DNA from: a virus
UHGV virus genome: UHGV-1618158
DNA length: 12,284 nucleotides
Strand: one strand, 5' to 3'
The notes below the pieces were generated by a model, which saw only the letters and a program-made list of their open reading frames with translations, had not been told where the DNA came from and did not search any database. Position numbers and translations under genes: made by a program. This document shows, one piece after another, positions 1-10,725 of the stretch; the first letter of the stretch is position 1; each line of letters starts with the position of its first letter.

Positions 1-1329
<1,329 letters not shown>

Positions 1330-1357
1330 TATTAAAGCATATTAAAGAGGATTAAAA

Positions 1358-3337
1358 ATGACTTTATTATCTCCGGGCATTGAGCTCAAAGAAACTACGG
1401 TTCAAAGCACCGTGGTTAATAACTCTACTGGTACAGCAGCTTTGGCCGGTAAATTCCAGTGGGGTCCTGCTTTTCAAATTAAACAGGTTACAAATGAAGT
1501 AGATTTAGTTAATACTTTTGGTCAACCTACAGCTGAAACTGCTGACTATTTTATGTCTGCAATGAATTTCTTACAATACGGAAATGATTTGCGAGTTGTG
1601 CGTGCTGTCGATAGAGATACCGCTAAAAACTCATCTCCGATTGCCGGTAATATTGAATACACTATTTCTACCCCAGGTAGTAACTACGCGGTTGGAGATA
1701 AAATCACGGTCAAATATGTTTCAGAAGATGTTGAAACAGAAGGTAAAATTACCGAAGTAGATGCTGATGGAAAAATTAAGAAAATTAATATTCCTACTGC
1801 AAAAATTATTGCTAAAGCTAAAGAAGTTGGCGAATACCCAACATTAGGTTCTAACTGGACTGCAGAAATTTCTTCATCTTCTTCCGGTTTAGCTGCAGTA
1901 ATAACTCTTGGAAAAATTATTACTGATTCCGGTATTTTATTAGCTGAAATCGAGAGCGCTGAAACTGCTATGACAGCAGTTGATTTTCAGGCAAATCTTG
2001 AAAAATATGGAATTCCAGGAGTAGTAGCTCTCTATCCAGGCGAATTAGGCGATAAAATTGAAATTGAAATCGTATCTAAAGCTGACTATGCGAAAGGCGC
2101 TTCTGCATTACTGCCAATTTATCCAGGTGGTGGTACTCGTGCATCTACTGCCAAGGCAGTATTTGGATATGGGCCGCAGACTGACTCACAGTACGCTATT
2201 ATAGTTCGTCGAAATGATGCTATTGTTCAAAGCGTTGTTCTTTCAACTAAGCGTGGTGAAAAAGATATTTACGATAGTAACATCTATATCGATGACTTTT
2301 TCGCAAAAGGTGGTTCAGAATATATTTTTGCAACTGCACAAAACTGGCCAGAAGGATTCTCTGGAATTTTAACTCTTTCTGGTGGATTATCATCAAATGC
2401 TGAAGTTACAGCAGGAGATTTGATGGAAGCTTGGGACTTCTTTGCTGACCGTGAATCTGTTGACGTTCAACTGTTTATTGCGGGTTCTTGTGCCGGTGAA
2501 TCTTTAGAAACAGCATCTACTGTCCAAAAACACGTCGTTTCAATTGGAGATGCTCGCCAAGATTGCTTAGTATTGTGCTCACCACCGCGTGAAACTGTTG
2601 TTGGAATTCCTGTAACTCGTGCAGTAGATAATTTAGTTAACTGGAGAACTGCGGCAGGTTCATATACTGATAATAACTTTAATATTAGTTCAACCTACGC
2701 AGCAATTGATGGTAACTACAAGTATCAGTATGACAAATATAATGATGTAAATCGTTGGGTTCCATTAGCAGCTGACATTGCTGGTTTATGCGCGAGAACT
2801 GATAACGTTTCTCAGACTTGGATGTCTCCAGCTGGTTATAATCGTGGCCAGATTCTTAACGTTATTAAACTTGCTATTGAAACTCGCCAAGCTCAGCGCG
2901 ACCGTTTATATCAAGAAGCTATCAACCCAGTAACTGGTACAGGTGGTGATGGTTACGTATTATATGGTGATAAAACAGCTACTTCTGTTCCTTCTCCATT
3001 TGATCGTATTAACGTTCGTCGTCTGTTTAATATGTTGAAAACGAATATCGGACGTAGTTCAGAATATCGTTTGTTCGAATTAAACAACGCGTTTACTCGT
3101 TCATCGTTCCGCACAGAAACTGCCCAATACTTACAGGGAATTAAAGCTCTCGGTGGAATTTATGAATATCGTGTAGTTTGCGATACAACAAATAACACTC
3201 CGTCAGTAATTGATAGAAATGAGTTTGTTGCAACATTCTACATTCAACCGGCTAGAAGCATTAACTACATTACCTTAAACTTCGTAGCAACTGCTACTGG
3301 TGCAGATTTCGATGAGTTAACTGGTCATGCAGGTTAA
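1358..3337 (+). CDS. 18: Contractile tail sheath protein gp18
   Basis: 659-aa ORF with an ATG start and AAGAGG RBS 8 nt upstream. Full-length match in size and sequence to T4 gp18 as recalled (MTLLSPGIELKETTVQSTVVNN..). Confidence 0.96.
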   Translation: MTLLSPGIELKETTVQSTVVNNSTGTAALAGKFQWGPAFQIKQVTNEVDLVNTFGQPTAETADYFMSAMNFLQYGNDLRVVRAVDRDTAKNSSPIAGNIEYTISTPGSNYAVGDKITVKYVSEDVETEGKITEVDADGKIKKINIPTAKIIAKAKEVGEYPTLGSNWTAEISSSSSGLAAVITLGKIITDSGILLAEIESAETAMTAVDFQANLEKYGIPGVVALYPGELGDKIEIEIVSKADYAKGASALLPIYPGGGTRASTAKAVFGYGPQTDSQYAIIVRRNDAIVQSVVLSTKRGEKDIYDSNIYIDDFFAKGGSEYIFATAQNWPEGFSGILTLSGGLSSNAEVTAGDLMEAWDFFADRESVDVQLFIAGSCAGESLETASTVQKHVVSIGDARQDCLVLCSPPRETVVGIPVTRAVDNLVNWRTAAGSYTDNNFNISSTYAAIDGNYKYQYDKYNDVNRWVPLAADIAGLCARTDNVSQTWMSPAGYNRGQILNVIKLAIETRQAQRDRLYQEAINPVTGTGGDGYVLYGDKTATSVPSPFDRINVRRLFNMLKTNIGRSSEYRLFELNNAFTRSSFRTETAQYLQGIKALGGIYEYRVVCDTTNNTPSVIDRNEFVATFYIQPARSINYITLNFVATATGADFDELTGHAG

Positions 3338-3353
3338 TACGGTGCATTCTAAA

Positions 3354-3371
3354 GGCCTGTTTCGGCAGGCC
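3354..3371 (+). terminator. Stable hairpin with a UUCG tetraloop just after gene 18; no U-tract, so possibly an RNA 3'-end stabiliser or weak terminator
   Basis: GGCCTG(T) at 3354-3360, loop TTCG at 3361-3364, (G)CAGGCC at 3365-3371: six Watson-Crick pairs plus a U-G closing pair. It is followed directly by a late promoter box rather than a T-run. Confidence 0.4.
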
Positions 3372-3372
3372 A

Positions 3373-3380
3373 TATAAATA
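3373..3380 (+). promoter_or_regulatory. T4-type late promoter box TATAAATA, distal promoter for gene 19
   Basis: Exact TATAAATA at 3373-3380 in the 116-nt gap between genes 18 and 19. Confidence 0.6.
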
Positions 3381-3431
3381 CACTATATCCTTAATTCTTT
3401 AATTCTATATGCCCTAGGTTAAACATAGGGA

Positions 3432-3439
3432 TATAAATA
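3432..3439 (+). promoter_or_regulatory. T4-type late promoter box TATAAATA, proximal promoter for gene 19
   Basis: Exact TATAAATA at 3432-3439, 15 nt upstream of the gene 19 ATG; a GAGG RBS lies between the box and the start. Confidence 0.7.
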
Positions 3440-3453
3440 CTACAGAGGCTAAT

Positions 3454-3945
3454 ATGTTTGTAGATGATGTAACACGAGCGTTTGAATCTGGTGATTTTGC
3501 TCGACCTAACTTATTCCAAGTAGAAATTTCTTATCTTGGACAAAATTTTACGTTTCAATGTAAAGCCACTGCTTTACCAGCTGGTATTGTAGAAAAAATT
3601 CCAGTCGGATTCATGAACCGTAAAATTAACGTAGCAGGCGATCGTACATTCGATGACTGGACTGTTACAGTAATGAACGATGAGGCACATGATGCTCGCC
3701 AGAAGTTTGTTGATTGGCAAAGCATTGCTGCTGGGCAAGGGAACGAAATTACTGGTGGAAAACCAGCAGAGTATAAAAAGAGTGCTGTTGTTCGCCAATA
3801 TGCTCGTGACGCTAAAACTGTAACAAAAGAAGTCGAAATTAAAGGCCTGTGGCCTACTAACGTGGGTGAACTTCAATTAGATTGGGATTCAAACAATGAA
3901 ATCCAAACCTTTGAAGTAACTCTTGCTCTCGATTATTGGGAATAA
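3454..3945 (+). CDS. 19: Tail tube protein gp19
   Basis: 163-aa ORF with a GAGG RBS. Size and sequence match T4 gp19 as recalled; it sits immediately downstream of the sheath gene. Confidence 0.95.
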   Translation: MFVDDVTRAFESGDFARPNLFQVEISYLGQNFTFQCKATALPAGIVEKIPVGFMNRKINVAGDRTFDDWTVTVMNDEAHDARQKFVDWQSIAAGQGNEITGGKPAEYKKSAVVRQYARDAKTVTKEVEIKGLWPTNVGELQLDWDSNNEIQTFEVTLALDYWE

Positions 3946-3950
3946 AATGA

Positions 3951-3968
3951 ATGGGGAGAAATCCCCAT
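3951..3968 (+). terminator. Hairpin with a GAAA (GNRA) tetraloop after gene 19; no clear U-tract
   Basis: ATGGGGA at 3951-3957, loop GAAA at 3958-3961, TCCCCAT at 3962-3968: a 7-bp perfect stem. Confidence 0.4.
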
Positions 3969-3977
3969 CCTGCTTAA

Positions 3978-5602
<1,625 letters not shown>

Positions 5603-5603
<1 letters not shown>

Positions 5604-5842
5604 TGGAAGGTTTAATTGAAGCTATTAAATCAAACGACCTCGTAGCCGCTCGTAAATTATTTGCTGAAGCCATGGCTGCAAGAACGACTGATTTAATTAA
5701 AGAAGAAAAAATCGCTATCGCTCGTAATTTCTTAATCGAAGGTGAAGAACCTGATGACGAGGATGATGACGAAGACGAAGATAGTGATGATAAAGACGAC
5801 AAAAAAGACAAAGACTCTGACGAAGACGAGGATGATGAATAA
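5603..5842 (+). CDS. 67: Prohead core protein gp67, with a C-terminal poly-Asp/Glu tail
   Basis: 79-aa ORF whose ATG shares a base with the gene 20 stop (TAATG). Matches T4 gp67 as recalled; residues 48-79 are almost entirely D/E. Confidence 0.92.
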
Positions 5843-6267
5843 TGCTTCTGATCCCTGAAACTCATGAATTAGTTCTCGAGAATGTCGAAGCACTTATTCC
5901 TGAAGCACAGGGTCGCTTTGACGAATTGTCTTCTGCTTTAAATAAAGACGATATAAATACAATTGTCGAGAATATGCTTGATGATGAAACTGATTTAGCG
6001 GTTGCATTAGCTTCTATTAATGAAGATATGCCGCTAAATGAATTCATCGTTAAACATGTTTCTGCTCGTGGTGAAATTACACGTACCAAAGACCGCAAAA
6101 CGCGTGAACGTAATGCATTTCAAACCACCGGGCTGTCTAAAGCAAAACGTAGACAAATTGCTCGCAAAGCTACCAAAACGAAGATTGCCAATCCAGCAGG
6201 TCAATCTCGTGCTCAGCGTAAGCGTAAAAAAGCTCTTAAACGCCGTAAAGCATTAGGATTAAGCTAA
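5842..6267 (+). CDS. 68: Prohead core protein gp68, with a Lys/Arg-rich C-terminal tail
   Basis: 141-aa ORF whose ATG shares a base with the gene 67 stop (TAATG). Position and size match T4 gene 68. Confidence 0.9.
   Translation: MLLIPETHELVLENVEALIPEAQGRFDELSSALNKDDINTIVENMLDDETDLAVALASINEDMPLNEFIVKHVSARGEITRTKDRKTRERNAFQTTGLSKAKRRQIARKATKTKIANPAGQSRAQRKRKKALKRRKALGLS
5952..5959 (+). promoter_or_regulatory. Possible internal late promoter box TATAAATA inside gene 68; may be a chance occurrence
   Basis: Exact TATAAATA at 5952-5959 inside the coding sequence, about 315 nt upstream of gene 21. In AT-rich DNA roughly one chance hit per strand is expected in 12 kb. Confidence 0.3.
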
Positions 6268-6905
6268 TGAATGAACCCCAATTACTAATTGAAACTTGGG
6301 GTCAACCTGGCGAAATTATTGATGGCGTGCCAATGCTTGAATCTCATGATGGAAAAGACCTAGGTTTAAAACCCGGTTTATACATCGAAGGAATATTCAT
6401 GCAAGCGGAAGTCGTCAATAGAAATAAACGTCTTTATCCAAAACGCATATTAGAAAAAGCGGTAAAAGACTATATCAATGAGCAAGTTTTAACTAAACAA
6501 GCTCTCGGAGAATTAAATCATCCTCCACGCGCTAATGTTGACCCGATGCAAGCCGCTATCATTATAGAAGATATGTGGTGGAAAGGAAATGACGTATACG
6601 GACGAGCTCGTGTTATTGAAGGTGACCATGGTCCTGGAGATAAATTAGCAGCTAATATTCGTGCCGGATGGATTCCAGGAGTTTCTTCTCGTGGATTAGG
6701 TTCATTGACTGACACAAATAAAGGTTATCGTATCGTAAACGAAGGATTCAAATTAACTGTAGGTGTTGATGCAGTATGGGGTCCAAGTGCTCCAGATGCA
6801 TGGGTAACTCCTAAGGAAATTACCGAATCACAGACGGCGGAAGCCGATACAAGTGCCGATGACGCCTATATGGCTCTCGCAGAGGCCATGAAAAAAGCGT
6901 TATAA
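6267..6905 (+). CDS. 21: Prohead core scaffold protein and protease gp21
   Basis: 212-aa ORF whose ATG shares a base with the gene 68 stop (TAATG). Size and sequence match the T4 prohead protease as recalled. Confidence 0.95.
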   Translation: MNEPQLLIETWGQPGEIIDGVPMLESHDGKDLGLKPGLYIEGIFMQAEVVNRNKRLYPKRILEKAVKDYINEQVLTKQALGELNHPPRANVDPMQAAIIIEDMWWKGNDVYGRARVIEGDHGPGDKLAANIRAGWIPGVSSRGLGSLTDTNKGYRIVNEGFKLTVGVDAVWGPSAPDAWVTPKEITESQTAEADTSADDAYMALAEAMKKAL

Positions 6906-6908
6906 ATA
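6901..6908 (+). promoter_or_regulatory. T4-type late promoter box TATAAATA upstream of gene 22, overlapping the gene 21 stop
   Basis: Exact TATAAATA at 6901-6908, 28 nt upstream of the gene 22 ATG, with an AGGA RBS in between. Confidence 0.7.
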
Positions 6909-6935
6909 TTATTATCTAAACAACAGGACTACAAA

Positions 6936-7745
6936 ATGCTTAAAGAACAACTGATTGCTGAAGCGCAAAAAATTGATGCTTCCGTTGCTCTTGATAGTAT
7001 TTTCGAATCAGTTAATATTTCTCCGGAAGCAAAAGAAACTTTCGGCACTGTATTCGAAGCTACCGTCAAGCAGCACGCCGTTAAATTAGCTGAATCTCAT
7101 ATCGCTAAAATTGCTGAAAAAGCAGAAGAAGAAGTAGAAAAAAATAAAGAAGAAGCCGAAGAAAAAGCTGAGAAGAAAATCGCTGAGCAAGCTTCTAAAT
7201 TCATCGACCATCTTGCGAAAGAATGGCTCGCTGAAAATAAATTAGCAGTTGATAAAGGCATCAAAGCCGAACTGTTTGAATCCATGCTTGGTGGATTAAA
7301 AGAGCTCTTTGTTGAACACAACGTTGTTGTTCCAGAAGAATCAGTTGATGTTGTAGCTGAAATGGAAGAAGAGCTGCAAGAACATAAAGAAGAATCAGCT
7401 CGTCTGTTCGAAGAACTCAATAAGCGTGACGCATATATCAATTATGTGCAGCGTGAAGTGGCATTGAGCGAAAGTACTAAAGATCTGACTGAGTCTCAAA
7501 AAGAAAAAGTCTCTGCTCTGGTCGAAGGTATGGATTATTCAGATGCATTCTCAAGTAAATTGAGTGCCATCGTAGAAATGGTGAAGAAGTCTAATAAAGA
7601 TGAAAGCACTATTACTGAGGGTATAAATACTCCTGATACTGAAGCAGCCGGACTGAATTTCGTCACTGAAGCTGTAGAAGATAAAGCTGCACCTGGTGCA
7701 GAAGATATTGTAAGTGTATATGCGAAAGTCGCATCTCGTTTCTAA
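6936..7745 (+). CDS. 22: Major prohead scaffolding core protein gp22
   Basis: 269-aa, highly acidic, Glu/Lys-rich protein with coiled-coil character (EEEVEKNKEEAEEKAEKKIAEQ). Size and position match T4 gp22. Confidence 0.94.
   Translation: MLKEQLIAEAQKIDASVALDSIFESVNISPEAKETFGTVFEATVKQHAVKLAESHIAKIAEKAEEEVEKNKEEAEEKAEKKIAEQASKFIDHLAKEWLAENKLAVDKGIKAELFESMLGGLKELFVEHNVVVPEESVDVVAEMEEELQEHKEESARLFEELNKRDAYINYVQREVALSESTKDLTESQKEKVSALVEGMDYSDAFSSKLSAIVEMVKKSNKDESTITEGINTPDTEAAGLNFVTEAVEDKAAPGAEDIVSVYAKVASRF
7622..7629 (+). promoter_or_regulatory. T4-type late promoter box TATAAATA inside the 3' end of gene 22, positioned to drive gene 23
   Basis: Exact TATAAATA at 7622-7629, about 135 nt upstream of the gene 23 ATG. 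From memory, the T4 gene 23 late promoter lies within gene 22 (uncertain). Confidence 0.6.
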
Positions 7746-7763
7746 TTTTAAAGGTTAACACAA

Positions 7764-7958
7764 ATGACTATCAAAACTAAAGCTGAACTTTTGAACAAAT
7801 GGAAGCCATTACTGGAAGGTGAAGGTTTACCGGAAATTGCTAATAGCAAACAAGCGATTATCGCTAAAATCTTTGAAAACCAGGAAAAAGATTTCCAGAC
7901 AGCTCCAGAGTACAAAGACGAAAAAATCGCTCAGGCGTTCGGTTCTTTCTTAACAGAA
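7764..7958 (+). other. 23: gp23 N-terminal propeptide (residues 1-65), removed by the gp21 protease on maturation
   Basis: L-T-E|A motif at residues 63-66, consistent with the known T4 gp23 to gp23* processing site. Assigned from established knowledge, not a sequence-only prediction. Confidence 0.6.
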
Positions 7959-9329
7959 GCTGAAATCGGTGGTGACCACGGTTACAACGCTACTAACATT
8001 GCTGCTGGTCAGACTTCTGGCGCAGTAACTCAGATTGGCCCAGCTGTTATGGGTATGGTACGTCGTGCTATTCCTAACCTGATTGCTTTCGATATTTGTG
8101 GTGTTCAGCCGATGAACAGCCCGACTGGTCAGGTATTCGCACTGCGCGCAGTATATGGTAAAGACCCAATCGCTGCTGATGCTAAAGAAGCATTCCACCC
8201 AATGTATGGTCCAGATGCAATGTTCTCTGGTCAGGGTGCTGCTAAGAAATTCCCAGCTCTGGCTGCTAGCACACAAACCAAAGTAGGTGATATCTATACT
8301 CACTTCTTCCAGGAAACTGGTACTGTATATCTGCAAGCTTCTGCTCAAGTAACAATTAGTTCTACTGCAGATGATGCAGCTAAATTAGATGCTGAAATTA
8401 AGAAACAAATGGAAGCTGGCGCATTGGTAGAAATCGCTGAAGGTATGGCTACTTCTATCGCTGAACTTCAGGAAGGTTTCAACGGTTCTACCGATAACCC
8501 ATGGAATGAAATGGGCTTCCGTATCGATAAACAAGTTATCGAAGCTAAATCTCGTCAGCTGAAAGCTGCTTACTCTATCGAATTAGCACAAGACCTCCGC
8601 GCTGTTCACGGTATGGATGCTGATGCTGAACTGTCTGGTATTCTGGCTACCGAAATCATGTTGGAAATCAACCGTGAAGTTGTTGATTGGATTAACTACT
8701 CAGCTCAGGTTGGTAAATCTGGTATGACCCTGACTCCGGGTTCTAAAGCTGGTGTATTTGACTTCCAGGATCCGATTGATATTCGTGGTGCTCGCTGGGC
8801 GGGTGAATCCTTTAAAGCTCTGTTGTTCCAGATTGACAAAGAAGCAGTTGAAATTGCTCGTCAGACCGGTCGTGGTGAAGGTAACTTCATTATCGCTTCC
8901 CGTAACGTAGTTAACGTTCTGGCTTCAGTTGATACTGGCATTTCTTATGCTGCACAGGGTCTGGCTACCGGCTTTAACACTGATACTACCAAGTCAGTAT
9001 TTGCTGGTGTTCTGGGTGGTAAATACCGTGTATATATCGACCAGTATGCTAAACAGGATTATTTCACTGTAGGTTATAAAGGTCCGAACGAAATGGATGC
9101 TGGTATTTACTACGCTCCATATGTAGCTCTGACTCCGCTGCGTGGTTCCGATCCGAAGAACTTCCAACCGGTAATGGGATTCAAAACTCGTTACGGTATC
9201 GGTATCAACCCATTTGCAGAATCCGCTGCTCAGGCTCCGGCTTCTCGCATCCAGAGCGGTATGCCTTCTATTCTGAATAGCCTTGGTAAAAACGCTTACT
9301 TCCGCCGTGTATATGTTAAAGGTATCTAA
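7764..9329 (+). CDS. 23: Major capsid protein gp23 precursor
   Basis: 521-aa ORF matching T4 gp23 in size and sequence as recalled. Codon usage is visibly more GC-rich and host-optimised (CTG, CGT, GGT, GCT) than neighbouring genes. The N-terminal propeptide ends at ..SFLTE|AEIGG (Glu65/Ala66), a gp21-type L-x-E cleavage site. Confidence 0.97.
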   Translation: MTIKTKAELLNKWKPLLEGEGLPEIANSKQAIIAKIFENQEKDFQTAPEYKDEKIAQAFGSFLTEAEIGGDHGYNATNIAAGQTSGAVTQIGPAVMGMVRRAIPNLIAFDICGVQPMNSPTGQVFALRAVYGKDPIAADAKEAFHPMYGPDAMFSGQGAAKKFPALAASTQTKVGDIYTHFFQETGTVYLQASAQVTISSTADDAAKLDAEIKKQMEAGALVEIAEGMATSIAELQEGFNGSTDNPWNEMGFRIDKQVIEAKSRQLKAAYSIELAQDLRAVHGMDADAELSGILATEIMLEINREVVDWINYSAQVGKSGMTLTPGSKAGVFDFQDPIDIRGARWAGESFKALLFQIDKEAVEIARQTGRGEGNFIIASRNVVNVLASVDTGISYAAQGLATGFNTDTTKSVFAGVLGGKYRVYIDQYAKQDYFTVGYKGPNEMDAGIYYAPYVALTPLRGSDPKNFQPVMGFKTRYGIGINPFAESAAQAPASRIQSGMPSILNSLGKNAYFRRVYVKGI

Positions 9330-9342
9330 TCTTTGACGATTT

Positions 9343-9370
9343 AAGGGACCTTCGGGTCCCTTTAGTTGTT
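9343..9370 (+). terminator. Rho-independent terminator after gene 23 (UUCG-tetraloop hairpin plus T-run)
   Basis: AAGGGACC at 9343-9350, loop TTCG at 9351-9354, GGTCCCTT at 9355-9362, then TTAGTTGTTTTT. Confidence 0.8.
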
Positions 9371-9377
9371 TTTATGG

Positions 9378-9385
9378 TATAAATA
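9378..9385 (+). promoter_or_regulatory. T4-type late promoter box TATAAATA upstream of gene 24
   Basis: Exact TATAAATA at 9378-9385, 28 nt upstream of the gene 24 ATG, with an AAGGAAAG RBS in between. Confidence 0.75.
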
Positions 9386-9412
9386 AATCATATAAACCAA
9401 AAGGAAAGCGCA

Positions 9413-10696
9413 ATGGCTAAAATCAACGAACTTCTGCGCGAATCAACCACAACGAATAGCAACTCAATCGGTCGCCCAAATCTCGTTGCTTTGACTCGCG
9501 CTACCACTAAATTAATATATTCTGACATTGTAGCAACGCAAAGAACTAATCAACCTGTTGCTGCTTTTTATGGTATCAAATACCTTAACCCAGATAACGA
9601 ATTTACATTTAAAACTGGTGCTACTTACGCCGGCGAAGCTGGGTATGTAGACCGAGAACAAATCACAGAATTAACAGAAGAGTCTAAATTAACTCTCAAT
9701 AAAGGCGATTTATTCAAATATAATAATATCGTTTATAAAGTATTAGAAGATACACCATTTGCTGATATTGAAGAAAGCGATTTAGAATTAGCTCTTCAGA
9801 TTGCAATTGTTCTTTTAAAGGTTCGTCTATTTTCTGATGCTGCAGTAACAAGCAAATTTGAAAGCTCTGATAGTGAAATTGCGGATGCTAGATTCCAGAT
9901 TAATAAATGGCAAACCGCAGTTAAATCTCGTAAACTTAAAACTGGCATCACAGTCGAATTAGCACAAGATTTAGAAGCAAATGGATTCGATGCTCCTAAT
10001 TTCTTGGAAGATTTGCTTGCAACTGAAATGGCGGATGAAATCAATAAAGATATTCTACAGTCTTTGATTACAGTATCAAAACGCTATAAAGTTACAGGAA
10101 TTACTGATACTGGATTCATTGATTTGAGTTATGCATCTGCACCTGAAGCTGGTCGTTCATTATACCGAATGGTGTGTGAAATGGTTTCACATATTCAGAA
10201 AGAATCAACTTATACAGCAACGTTCTGTGTTGCTTCAGCTCGTGCCGCTGCGATTCTTGCTGCATCAGGTTGGTTAAAACATAAACCAGAAGATGACAAA
10301 TATCTTTCACAAAATGCCTACGGGTTCTTAGCTAATGGTTTACCGCTTTATTGCGATACCAACAGTCCATTAGATTATGTAATCGTTGGCGTAGTAGAAA
10401 ATATTGGTGAAAAAGAAATTGTTGGATCAATTTTCTATGCTCCGTATACAGAAGGTCTTGACTTAGATGACCCTGAACATGTAGGTGCATTTAAAGTTGT
10501 AGTTGATCCAGAAAGTTTGCAGCCATCTATCGGTTTATTAGTTAGATATGCTTTATCTGCAAATCCTTACACTGTAGCAAAAGATGAAAAAGAAGCAAGA
10601 GTAATTGATGGTGGAGACATGGATAAAATGGCGGGTCGTTCAGATTTGTCTGTTTTATTAGGTGTTAAGTTACCAAAAATTATCATTGATGAATAA
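9413..10696 (+). CDS. 24: Head vertex protein gp24 precursor, a paralogue of gp23
   Basis: 427-aa ORF matching T4 gp24 in size as recalled. It shares visible sequence similarity with gp23 in this same window. The N-terminus MAKINELLRE|S fits a gp21 L-x-E cleavage site. Confidence 0.95.
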   Translation: MAKINELLRESTTTNSNSIGRPNLVALTRATTKLIYSDIVATQRTNQPVAAFYGIKYLNPDNEFTFKTGATYAGEAGYVDREQITELTEESKLTLNKGDLFKYNNIVYKVLEDTPFADIEESDLELALQIAIVLLKVRLFSDAAVTSKFESSDSEIADARFQINKWQTAVKSRKLKTGITVELAQDLEANGFDAPNFLEDLLATEMADEINKDILQSLITVSKRYKVTGITDTGFIDLSYASAPEAGRSLYRMVCEMVSHIQKESTYTATFCVASARAAAILAASGWLKHKPEDDKYLSQNAYGFLANGLPLYCDTNSPLDYVIVGVVENIGEKEIVGSIFYAPYTEGLDLDDPEHVGAFKVVVDPESLQPSIGLLVRYALSANPYTVAKDEKEARVIDGGDMDKMAGRSDLSVLLGVKLPKIIIDE

Positions 10697-10699
10697 AAC

Positions 10700-10723
10700 A
10701 AAGGGACCGAAAGGTCCCTTTTT
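10700..10723. terminator. Bidirectional rho-independent terminator between convergent genes 24 and rnlB
   Basis: AAAGGGACC at 10700-10708, loop GAAA at 10709-10712, GGTCCCTTT at 10713-10721, with T-runs on both strands; the + strand T-run overlaps the rnlB stop codon. Confidence 0.75.
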
Positions 10724-10725
10724 AT

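Noticed and set aside
3574-3876. 100-aa antisense ORF inside gene 19
   Set aside because: Lies entirely inside a conserved structural gene on the opposite strand, with no RBS and a low-complexity hydrophobic translation. It is the kind of chance ORF expected in AT-rich DNA.
5862-6256. ORFs of 78 aa (- strand) and 72 aa (+ strand, alternate frame) overlapping gene 68
   Set aside because: Both overlap gene 68 out of frame, and the in-frame gp68 reading fits the conserved gene order and coupling. There is no independent support for an overlapping gene.
6518-6715. 65-aa antisense ORF inside gene 21
   Set aside because: Embedded in the prohead protease gene on the opposite strand with no translation signals.
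7097-8348. Antisense ORFs of 114 aa (Ser-rich, inside gene 22) and 132 aa (inside gene 23)
   Set aside because: The first is the antisense of the GAA/GAG-rich scaffold gene; the second lies inside the most strongly codon-biased gene in the window. Neither has an RBS.
9796-10310. Antisense ORFs of 82 aa and 64 aa inside gene 24
   Set aside because: Embedded antisense to a conserved structural gene. Treated as spurious.
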